From Pristiophorus japonicus (Eukaryota), in assembly GCF_044704955.1 (NCBI RefSeq), contig NC_091995.1, positions 47,430,001-47,494,000 on the forward strand: a DNA stretch of 64,000 nucleotides. The letters are read 5' to 3'. This document shows, in pieces, positions 11,701-22,282 of the stretch; the stretch's first letter is position 1; each line of letters begins with the position of its first letter. The notes under the pieces were generated by a model. That model was not told the DNA's origin and ran no database searches. It worked only from the letters and a program-made list of their open reading frames with translations. The position numbers and the translations under genes were made by a program.

Positions 11701-12797
11701 TCTGTGAACAACAACAGGTCGTCCACATACTGGACCAGCTGGTGTGGGTGGCTGAAGCCTATTAAGCAGTTCGCCATGCATTGGTGAAAGATGCTGGGAC
11801 TATTATGAAAGCCCTGTGGGAGGCAGCTCCATGTATACTGCTGTTCCCGGAAGGTGAAGGCAAACTTGTACTGGTCTTCCCTCCGTACAGGGATAGACCA
11901 GGACCCGTTGGATATGTCCAACACTGTGAACGTGGTTGCGGATGCAGGGATTTCCCCTATCAGATCCGTAACCGCCGCTACTGTGGGAGCACAAGCTGGG
12001 ATGTTTTTATTGAGCACCCTATAATCCACCGTAGCCCTCCAAGAATTGTCCGGTTTCCTAACCGGCCAAAGCGGGGAGTTGACATGGGTGGCTATGGGTC
12101 TCAAAACACCCTGCTCGACAAGCGAGCTCAAAGCTGTCTCCAAGTCTGCTTCTGCCTCTCGGGGAAAGCTATACTACTTTTGCGGGCGGGACATGGGATC
12201 CTCATCTATTCTAACCTCCACTCCTGTGACTCTCCCACAATCGTGTTTATGGGTGGCAAATGCTGCAAGATTTGCTTGCACATAGGCCCGGTACTTGGCC
12301 GGGGTGTTACCGACCAGAACCTCCAGGTCGTAATCCACTTTTGGCTTCATTGTACACAGAGTCCCTTTTCCCTGTTTCTTATCAATAACCATGACTTCTC
12401 CCTCTGCTCCCGTGCCCACTGTACCCCATAGACAGTGATTCCTCAAGTCTACTAGGATCTGGCGAGCGATGATGAAATCAGCCCCCAAGATCCGTTTTCC
12501 CACCTGCTCCCAGTTCATCAGGACGCACTTCCATTGTGTTTGGAGTGCTCCCAAACGAACTGCGAGCGGGACTGAGAAAAACCCAGCCTTCTCATTACCT
12601 GTGAACCGAACTAGTTGATACGGCACCCCGCTTGATAGAGGTGAGGTTGCGGGGTCCTCCGAATGGACTATCGTGCTGGATGCACCAGTGTCCAAAAGGT
12701 AAGTACCCAATACACCCTCAACCTCCATCTTGACCCAGGGTCGTCCCCAGGGGTCGTATTCTAGTGGGCACAGGTAGGCAGGCTGGGTCTGGGCTAG
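8750..12797 (-). pseudogene. pol: pol: protease, RT, tether (degenerate RNase H), RNase H, integrase
   Basis: PR LLDTGAS and ILGADF; RT NSPLWPVRK, LPQGFHNSP, YVDDLL; tether EVAAS...RPVVYSSRVL; RNase H VDGSS, SAQ*AEL, SDS, KVKAHS, GNQQADLLA; IN VDVFSKWVEA, ESDRGSHF, PQSSGPVERLN, GPY; stops at 12174 and 10737, frameshifts near 10215, 9950 and 9140. Confidence 0.92.
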
Positions 12798-14726
12798 TCA
12801 CGGCCTCTGTACTGGCAGGGTTGCTGGTGCTTCCCTGCCTGTTGCTGTGGCTACCTTCCCAGTCCCCTCCAGTGCTGTCCTCACTGCAGCTACAATCTCG
12901 TCAAGGGATGGTGAGGAGCTCACTCCATTTCCCCCACTCTGGGCGGCTCCTAAAGAACTTCTCCCCCCATATCTCTTTACTGGGCTCCTGCAATCCCTTT
13001 TAAAATGCCCAGCTTTCCCGCACCCGTAGCACACTCCCTCCTTATCAGACGAGTGGCCACCCTCCTGGTGCCATTCCCTTTTGGGAATCGAGTTGGGATT
13101 TACTGCATTTACCCGACCTTTGGAGGTTTTCTCCTCCTCCCCTCCTCCATTCCATTGGACCAGTGCCAGTTGCCTGACCACTGCTTCCTCGGTGAGGTTG
13201 GGGTCCCGGGAATTGAACCACAGTTCTGCCCTGGCCTTGAGCCGGGGCAAGCAGTTTGTCACTAGCATCCTCAGCCAGCGGCCAGTCTGTACCGCGGAAA
13301 GATTCGCCCGGTCGAGGAGCTCCCCACAGGCTGCGTGGTATACCACCCACAACCTGTCCGCAAACGTCTGCGGGGTTTCCCCTGCGAGCTGCCTTGTCCT
13401 TTCGACCCGTTCGAAAGGACTGCCGTCATCGAAGCCCATAGCCTCAAGGACGGCCCTCTGGACCTCAGTAAATGTACGCTATCCCCTCCGGCATTCTGCC
13501 GGTAGGGCCTGGTACAATTTGCTGTCCAGAGAGAAGAGCAGCAGCTTGGCTGTCTCTTCCTCGTCGCACCCATTAATTTCTCCTGCCTACACCACCTCCA
13601 TGAAGTGGATGGACGGGTCCCCGCTGCGAGTGAGTTTGGCCAAATGGGCCACCATGGCCCTGAATGATTGAACTCCATGGGGAATAATAAAGTCGCTCTC
13701 CAGCGCTCCCCGACCTTGGCCACCTCCCTGTGGAGGACCGTACTTGCGCTGCCTGACTGGGCACATCCGCCCTGGTCCAGGATCTTTCTGCGCTGGTCCC
13801 TCTACCTCCGGCTGTCCCACCATACCCGGTGCAGCAGACAGTGCCTGGTCGCCTGATCCAGCCCTTAACTGACCCTCTGCTGGAGCCTCACATCCCTGCT
13901 GCCGAGCGGGACACATTGGTCCTGCCCCCAGCCCTGGGTATGCTACGACCTGCGTGCCCCGCTCCTCCTGGTACCCCACCGGACAAACCACCGGTGCCTC
14001 AGGAGGTGGTCGGGCGTCTCTTGTCTTTGGATTCTCCTCTACCCCCCAATACTCTCCTTTGTCCCCTGTGGACCCTCTGGGTCCTATCAGGGTGACCATC
14101 CCCTTTGCCTGGGATAGAGCGTGGGTGAGAGTTTTAATCCTCTCCTGGCAGGGACCGTGATCTGCAAACTCACTGCTACTGGCCACTTTGTAGGCTGCCT
14201 GCACATCTTTTAATTTATTCTCTAGTTACCAAATCTTCTGGGTGTACCGAGAGTTCTGTTCCCGGAGGGACCCCTCACTACCCTTGGCCTCAGTAACCTG
14301 ACACTGAAGATAGTCCCGGCAATTTCGGAAGGTCTCCTCCAACTGCCGGTTCCTTTGCTACTCCTCAGCTAATTCGGCCAGCAGGTTGTCCCCAACCGCA
14401 GCCCGGATAGCAGAGAGCTCCTCTGATTTCTGAAGACTCTGTTCCAAGTCCTTCACCCGCTGGTCGAGCATTCGGACTTGGCGGGTGAGGCAGATAAGCC
14501 AGATAGCCTTTTCCACCCTGTGGTTGTGGTCCTTCCCTGCTGTCCACTGAGCAGCAGCATCCACTGGGCGCTCTGCCCGAGTGAGGGCTTGCACCCAAGG
14601 TTTGGTGAGGTTCACCTTGCCAAAAATGTATGAGGAAATTCTCTCCTCCATTTTAGTTTCCTCTCTTATCACCTCATCTGTTATATTAACATCTCCTGTT
14701 TGCTTATGTCCTGCCGCGGTCACCAT
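12798..14726 (-). pseudogene. gag: gag: N-terminal coiled coil, capsid-like region, CCHC zinc knuckle
   Basis: Same-frame ORFs 14358-14726, 13587-14204 and 12798-13439 broken by stops; CYGCGKAGHFKRDC; QLAGETPQTFADRL (MHR-like); heptad-rich QVRMLDQRVKDLEQSLQKSEEL. Confidence 0.88.
14708..14725 (-). promoter_or_regulatory. Primer binding site, tRNA-Arg
   Basis: TGGTGACCGCGGCAGGAC is complementary to the vertebrate tRNA-Arg 3' end GUCCUGCCGCGGUCGCCA (recalled sequence) with one G:U pair. Confidence 0.8.
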
Positions 14727-14730
14727 GTTC

Positions 14731-16046
14731 TGTAAGGGGTTTTCTCAGGGAGTGTTGTTGTGCCTTGGGTGTCTCTCTCTGGGCTTCTGCCCTCACAGCT
14801 TATGCCTGGCCTGTGAGGTACCCTGAGTGCTGCAAGAGCACCCGTGGAGAGACTGTGTCCACAGCTTATGAAGGGGGTTTTGAGACTCGTGCATCCCCAC
14901 AGCTTATGCCTAGCCTGTGAGGCACCTGTGAGGGTCAAACACTCCTAACCTCTTCTTCCCTAGCCTGTGACACACAGTTGAGCATTTTCAAGGCGCTCCT
15001 AGCTTCCCTTACACGGTTCTGACATAAGACTCACGATCAGGAGATGTAATACAATAGAACTGAGACAAGGTGATTCCAAGAGGAACTTTAGGCTTCCAAT
15101 TTATTTGACAAGGTGTATCTCAACAAACAGCAATACACCAACAAAACAATCCCCCTAAATCCCACTAAACGGACACAACGAAAATCTTTACACAAGTTTA
15201 GCAGTACAATGCCCAACCTCCCACCTTTCCTGGCCTCACTGAGTTGGGAGTTCTGGGTACCAGAGGTTATACTCACTACTGTGCCTTCTGCAGTCTAGTG
15301 GTTTGTTTCTTCTATCTTCGGTGTCTTCGGACACTGGTTTTCCTTCAGTGTCGAGAGTCTTGCTGGTTGTGGTTGTTGGATGACGAGTGCAGGGAACCAC
15401 ACACACTGCGTCAGAAACCCCTTTTTATAGCCAGATTATCCAGTCCGCCTCTCCTGCTGAAGTCGATTCTTCTCATTGGTGGTCTTTGTGATTTTGAAAA
15501 ATGCAGCAGTTTTAGATTATTGCAGGGTTTTTTTCCACTGATGTTAACCTACTCAAGGTTTGAGTGGGTGTTGATTGCATTGGCCTCCTGTAGCCATTGT
15601 ATAGGCCCTTGGGTTGTTTTGGGTTCTCTGGTTTCTAAGGTCTGCTTAATTTTCCTTCAATTCAGTTTTTCTAACCTACTCAAGGTTTGAGTAGGTGTTA
15701 GTTGGGTTGGCCTCCTGTAGCCATTGTGTAGTTCCTTGGTTTGTTTTGGGTTCCCTAGTTTTCTGAAGATCTGCATAATTTCCTTCCATAGTGTAAGCAT
15801 GGGGAAGACAATAGTCCGATAATGGCTGTGAGTCAGTCCCAGTTTTCGAGCAAGTGCTCTCCCATAGGCTTGAAAGCCCCATATTTCGGGCTGACTCTGT
15901 CTCACCATTGGCCCTCCGGTGTCCTCCCCCGTCCAATCACTGCTCTGCCAAGGTCAAACTGTTATCGGTTTCAATTCACAGCACAGACTGATCCCACAGC
16001 TCTTTTCCTTCTGGGTAAAATGAGGGGGTTTTTGTCCTCCCCTACA
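14731..16046 (-). repeat. 5' LTR
   Basis: Direct repeat of 5541-6856; minus-strand TATAAAAA at 15422-15429, CCAAT near 15475-15479, AATAAA at 15100-15105. Confidence 0.95.
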
Positions 16047-16050
16047 CTCG

Positions 16051-18190
16051 CAAATGATACTTAAAGGGTTGACTGCAGATAGGCAATGGCAAACGTTTAA
16101 AGATAGCATGGATGAACTTCAACAATTGTACATTGGAATAAAAATAAAACGAGGAAGGTGGCTGAACCGTGGGTAACATGGGAAATTAAGGATAGTGTTA
16201 AATCCAAGGAAGAGGCATATAAATTGGCCAGAAAAAGCAGCAAACCTGAGGACTGGGATAAATTTAGAATTCAGCAGATGAGGACAAAGGGTTTAATTAG
16301 AAGGGGGGAAGTAAAGTATGAGCGGAAGCTTGCTGGGAACATAAAAATTGACTGCAAAAGCTTCTAAAGATATGTGAAGAGAAAAAGATTTGTGAAGTCT
16401 TTGCAGTCAGATTCAGGTGAATTTATAATGGGGCACAAAGAAATGGCAGCCCAGTTGAACAAATACTTTAGTTCTGTCTTCACGAAGGAAGACACAAATA
16501 ACCTTCCAGAAATACTAGGGGACTGAGGATCTAGTGATAAGGAGGAACTGAAGGAAATCCTTATTAGGTGGGAAATTATGTTAGGGAAATTGATGGGATT
16601 GGAAGTGGATAAATCACCGGGGCCTGATAGTCTGCATCCCTGAGTACTTAGGGGAGTGGCCTTAGAAATAGTGGATGCGTTAGTGATCATTTTCCAACAG
16701 TCTATCGACTCGGGATCAGTTCCTATGGACTGGAGGGTAGCTAATGTAACACCGCTTTTTAAAAAAGGAGGGAGAGAGAAAACCGGTAAGTATAGACTGG
16801 TTAGCCTGCCATCAGCAATGGGGAAAATGTTGGAATCAATTATTAAAGATGAAATAGCAGCGCATTTGGAAAGCAGTGATAGAATCGGTCCAAGTCAGCA
16901 TGGATTTATGAAAGTGAAATCATGCTTGACAAACCTTCTAGAATTTTTTGAGGATATCACTATTAGAGTGGACAAGGGAGAACCAGTGGATGTGATGTAT
17001 TTGGACTTTTAAAAGGCTTTTGACAAGGTCCCACACAAGAGATTGGTGTGCAAAATTAAAGCACCTGGTATTGGGGGTAATGTTTTGACGTGCATAAAGA
17101 ACTGGTTGGCAGACACGAAGCAGAGAGTCGGGATAAACGGGTCCTTTTCAGAATGGCAGGCAGTGACTAGTGGGGTACCGCAGGGCTCAGTGCTGGGACC
17201 CCAGCTCTTTACAATATACATCAATGATTAAGATGAAGGAATTGAGTGTAATATGTCCAAGTTTGCAGGTGACACTAAGCTGGGTGGCGGTATAAGCTGT
17301 GAGGAGGACACTAAGAGGCGGCACGATGACTTGGACAGGTTAGGTGAGTGGGAAAATGCATGGCAGATGCAGTATAATGTGGATAAATGTGAGATTATCC
17401 ACTTTGGTGGCAAAAACACGAAGGCAGAATATTATCAGAATGGCGGCAGATTAGGAAAAGGGGAGGTGCAACGAGACCTGGGTGTCATGGTACATCAGTC
17501 ATTGAAAGTTGGCATGCAGGTACAGCAGGCGGTGAAGAAGGCAAATGGTATGTTGGCCTTCATAGCTAGGGGATTTGAGTATAGGAGCAGGGAGGTCTTA
17601 CTGCAGTTGTATAGGGACTTAGTAAGGCCTCACCTGGAATATTGTGTTCAGTTCTGATCTCCTAATCTGAGGAAGGGCGTTCTTGCTATTGAGGGAGTGC
17701 AGCGAAGGTTCACCAGACTGATCGATTCCTGGGATGGCAGCACTGACATATGAGGAGAGAATGTATCGACTGGGCCTGTATTCACTGGTGTTTAGAAGGA
17801 TGAGAGGGGATCGAATAGAACCATATAAAATTCTGACGGGATTAGACAGGTTAGATGCAGGAAGAATGTTCCCGATGTTGGGGAAGTCCAAAACCAGTGG
17901 ACACAGTCTAAGGATATGGAGTAAGCCATTTAGGACTGAGATGAGGAGAAACTTCTTCACTCAGAGAGTTGTTAACCTGTGGAATTCCTTACCGCAGAGG
18001 TTGTTGATGCCAGTTTATTGAATATATTCAAGAGGGAGTTACACATGGCCCTTACGCTCGGAGGATCAGGGCTATGGAGAAAAAGCAGGAAAGGGGTACT
18101 GAGGTAAATGATCAGCCATGATCTTATTGAATGGTGGTGCAGGCTCTAATGGCCGAATGGCCCACTCCTGCACCCATTTTCTATGTTTCT
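16051..18190 (+). mobile_element. CR1 LINE, 3' part (RT and tail), continuation of 4881-5540
   Basis: Resumes at caaatgatactt after the TSD; [27 protein letters not shown]; tail ttttctatgtttct. Confidence 0.92.
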
Positions 18191-18379
18191 GTGTTTTCCC
18201 CTTCTGCTGAGTCCAAAGGCAGTAAAACCCTGGACGATGTAAAAGGGGCTCACACTCCCCGCGGCTGAATGGTGAGGCCCGAGGCCACATTGAACAATCC
18301 ATCTCCTGTGTCTGCACAGAGAACACCAAGTTCCAAAATGCTGCACGTTTGAATGAAAACAACATTTGATCTCAGGTAT

Positions 18380-18560
18380 AAAAACAGAAAATGCTGGAAA
18401 TCTCAGCGGGTCAGGCAGCATCTGTGGGGAGTGAAACAGATTTAACGTTTCAGGTCGATGATCCTTCGTCAGAACCACAGATGCTGCCTGACCCGCTGAA
18501 ATGTTCAGCATTTTCAGTTTTTATTTCAGGTTCCTGCCCCGCAGTATTTTGCTTTTGTAT
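18380..18560. mobile_element. Penelope-derived palindromic element with hammerhead ribozyme core
   Basis: Inverted arms aaaatgctggaaatctcagcgggtcaggcagcatctgtgg and ccacagatgctgcctgacccgctgaaatgttcagcatttt; minus-strand CTGACGA-agg...cct-GAAAC at 18442-18475. Confidence 0.75.
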
Positions 18561-18724
18561 TTGATCTCAGGTCCCAGCACACCGTTAAAAGCTAAAACCT
18601 TTACAGTTTGCGAAATTAGATTTACCTGAATGATTTCCAATCCCTAACTGAATGTTTAAAATATAATAATGTGATTCGATATTTGACATTTTCAAATATC
18701 TCAGTATGCTTTTCATTCAAGAAT

Positions 18725-19353
18725 AAATCAGAGAGAAGAACAGAGAGAGGGAGATAGAGAAGGAGAGCGGGAGAAAAAGACAGGAAAAGAGAGAGAATGA
18801 GAAAGAATGAGAGCCACAAATATAAGAAGGAAGAGATAAAAAGGAGCGACTCATTGAGGGGAAGAAATAAACAGAGATAGAGAGAGACAGAATGAAAGTC
18901 AGAAAGATAAAGGCAGGAAAGAGAAAATGATAGAGACACAGATAAAAGACATGGACAGCGGAGAGAGAGAGAGAGAAAGGGATAGTAATGGGTCTGAGAG
19001 AGAGGTAGGGAGAGATAGATTGAGTATGAGAACGAGACATGGATAAAGGCAAGGACTGAGAGGGAAAGTGAAATAGATACAGAGAGTGAGAGAGAGGGAA
19101 AGAGCGACAGAGAGTGAGGGAAAATGAAATAGAGACAGAGATGAGGACAGAGATAGAGAGACAGGAAGTGTGAGAGATATAGGTATCATGCGATACAGGT
19201 ACAGAGAGAGAGAAGGAAAGAGAGACAGTGAAAGAGATGGAAAGAGAAAGAGGGAGACAGAGAGACAGAGAGAGAAGGACAGAGATATAGAGAGACAGGG
19301 AGAGTGAGAGAAACAAAGCAAAATAGAGACAGGAACAGATTGAAAGAGATAGG

Positions 19354-19389
<36 letters not shown>

Positions 19390-19430
19390 ACAGAGAGACT
19401 GGAGAGAGCGAGAGAAAAGTGAGCCAGAGA
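18725..19430 (+). repeat. GA-rich degenerate microsatellite
   Basis: (GA)n and GAGACA-rich low-complexity tract. Confidence 0.9.
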
Positions 19431-19839
19431 CCCTGTAACAGATACATGACTCATAAACCAGGGATACATTCCAGGCCCTGGTGTGAGGGAATCTGTAACA
19501 GTTACACGACGTAGTAAACCAGGGATAGTTTCCAGGACATAGTAATGTGGAAACTGGAAATATGAGTACCAACTGAAAACTCGAGAGATACTCAGCACAT
19601 CCTGCACCATGAATGCAGAGACAAGGATAGTCTAGAAACTCAGCAATCAACTTTGATACAATCTGCAGTAAAATTATTTTTTCTGCTCTGTTAATGATTT
19701 GTGGATTCTAACTGGGAATCAGTGTGGAGACTGATGCATCTTGATCTTTATTGCAACCAAACACTTTACAATAACCGGGTCACTGCCTCCTGTAAAACAC
19801 CACATGGAATAATGTTTCTTCCCATTCACTGCATACCTG

Positions 19840-21720
19840 CGACCTCCGCATCCACTCTCCCCCTGTCCCCTCCCTCCCCTCCACTCTGTCCTCTCCCCAT
19901 CCACTCTGCCCTGTCTCCTCCCTCCACTCCACTCCGTCCCCGCATCATCCAATCTCCCCTTATACCCTCCCTCGCTCCCCACCACTCTGTACCTGCCCAT
20001 CCATCTCTCCCTGTCCCCTCCCTCCCCTCTAGTCTCACCCCTCCCCATTCAATCTCTCCCTGTCCCCTCCCCTCCACTCAGTCCCCTCCCCATTCAATCT
20101 CCCTCTGTCCCCTCCCTCCCAACTCTCCAATCGGTTCCCTCCCCATCCATTCTCCACTGTCCCCTCCCTCCTCTCCACACCGTTCCCTCCCGATCCAATC
20201 TCTCCTTTTACCCTCCCTCCCCTCCACTCTGTCCCACCCCATCCATCTCCCCTCCCTCCCTCCTCTCCACTCTGTCCCCGCCCCATCCATCTCTCGCTCT
20301 CCCCACCCTCGCTCCCCTCACTCTGTCCTCGCCCCATCCATCTCTCCCTGTCCCCACCCTCGCTCCCCTCCACTCTGTCCCACCCCATCCATCTCCCCTC
20401 CCTCCCTCCTCTCCACTCTGTCCCCGCCCCATCCATCTCTCGCTCTCCCCACCCTCGCTCCCCTCCACTCTGTCCTCGCCCCATCCATCTCTCCCTGTCC
20501 CCACCCTCGCTCCCCTCCACTCTGTCCCCTCCCATCCATCTCTTCCTGGCCCCTCCCGCCCCTCCACGCTGTCCCCTCCCCAACCACTCTCTCCCTGTAC
20601 CCTTCGTCCACTACACTCCATTCTCTCCTTCATCTCTGTCCCCTCCCATTGATCCCCACGCTCCCTCCCCTCCACTCTGTCCCATCCACTCTCTCCCCGT
20701 TCGCTCCTATTCCACACCACTCCATTACCCCCATCTCTTCCCTTCCCTCCCTATCTCCTATCACCTCCCCATCCACTCTCTCCCTGCCCCCTCCCCTTCT
20801 GCCCAACTCCATTCTCTTCCTCTCCTCTATCCCATCCACTTGCTCCCCTCCCCTCCATTTTGTTCCATCTTCTATCTCACTGTTCGCTCGCATTCCCCAC
20901 CACTACATTATCCCTATCTGTTCCCTCCCTTTGATCCCCTACCTCCCCTACACTCCGTCTTCTCTCCTTGCTGCCCTCCCATTCCCCCCCTCCACTCTAT
21001 ACACTCCCCATCCAATCTCGCCCTCCCCCTAACTCTCTTCCTCTCCTTCCACTCTCTCCCCTTCTCTCTGTCCCTCACATCCACTCTACCACTCCACCTC
21101 TCCGCTCTCCCCTCACATCCACACAGCTCCCTGCCCATCCCCTCTCCATCATCTCCCTGCCCTTCACTCTACCTATCACCTTTACTCTCTCACTCCACAT
21201 CTCTCCCTCCCTTTGACTCCTCCTACTACCTCCACTTTCCCACTCCAGCTCTCCAATCTCTCCCTCACATCCACTATACCTCCCCTTGCCCCCCTCTCCC
21301 TCCCCTTCACTCCTCCTATCCCCTCCAAGCTCCCACTCCACTTCTCCAATCTCTCCCTCACATCCACTCTCCCTCTCCACCTGTCTCATCTCTCACTCCC
21401 ATTCACTCTATCCATCCCCTCCACTCTCCCACTCCATCTCTCCACTTTCCTCCAATCCAGTCTCTCCTCCACTCCACTCTCCCTCTCCCTCTCCACTCTC
21501 CCCTCACCTCTCTACTCTCCCTCCTCTCTCCTCTTTCTCCCACGCCTCCACTCTCCACCTCGCCCTCTCCAATGTCCCCTCCCCCTCTCCACTCTCCCCT
21601 CCCTTCCCTCCAGTCGCTTCCCTTCACTCTGGTCTCTCCCGTCCCTGCACTCCATCCCTTTCCTACATTCCGCTCTCTCCCTACATTCTGTCCCTTCACA
21701 GACTCCCTCCCCCTCCTGTG
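19840..21720 (+). repeat. CT-rich pyrimidine tract with degenerate 40-45 bp subrepeats
   Basis: Recurrent ccctccactctgtcc and ccccatccatctctc units; very G-poor. Confidence 0.9.
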
Positions 21721-22282
21721 AGTCTGAAACATTTCAGGATACTTTTCAATTAATACTGAATCAGAGACAACAGAGAGAGAAAAAGAAAAGGGCACAAAGA
21801 GAGAGAGAGAGAGTGGGGGCGGAGAGATAATAATACAAGGACAGGGTGAGAAAGAAAGAGTGAGATATACAGAAGAGGGATAGCAAGCTGGCTACAAAGC
21901 AGCACACAGTGAAGAGTGGGTAAGGGTACTTATTTCGACTGGTGATCAGTGCTGGAACCACTGATGTGCACCATTTACATGAACGATTTGTACAATTTCA
22001 ACATTTGCGGATGACAGCAAATTGGGGAGTATAGTTATCAGTGAGGAAGACTGTAATACAATGAGATGTTAATAACCTTGCAGAATGTGATCGTAAATGA
22101 CTACTGAATTTCTATATAAATTAGTGTGAGGTGGGGTATTTTGTTAGGAGGGATAAGGAGGTCACACACATCTTGGAAATTAAGCATCTAAATGGGCAAA
22201 GGGACATAGGGATAAATATTCAGAAATCATTAAAAGTGACAATGCAAATTAATGCCATGAAAATCAAAGTAAGCACTGTGGT

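Larger units (their letters stand above)
5541..16046 (-). mobile_element. Endogenous retrovirus-like provirus (lokiretrovirus-like), LTR-gag-pol-env-LTR, defective
   Basis: Two 1316-bp direct repeats bounded by TG...CA, TSD CTCG at 5537-5540 and 16047-16050, PBS, PPT, and gag, pol and env-like reading frames with several stops and frameshifts. Confidence 0.93.

Noticed and set aside
18622-19650. Hydrophobic Leu/Ser-rich minus-strand ORFs
   Set aside because: Translation of the (TC)n microsatellite
19701-21830. Long Pro/Ser/Leu-rich ORFs up to 443 aa
   Set aside because: Artefacts of CT-rich low-complexity DNA lacking stop codons; open in several frames
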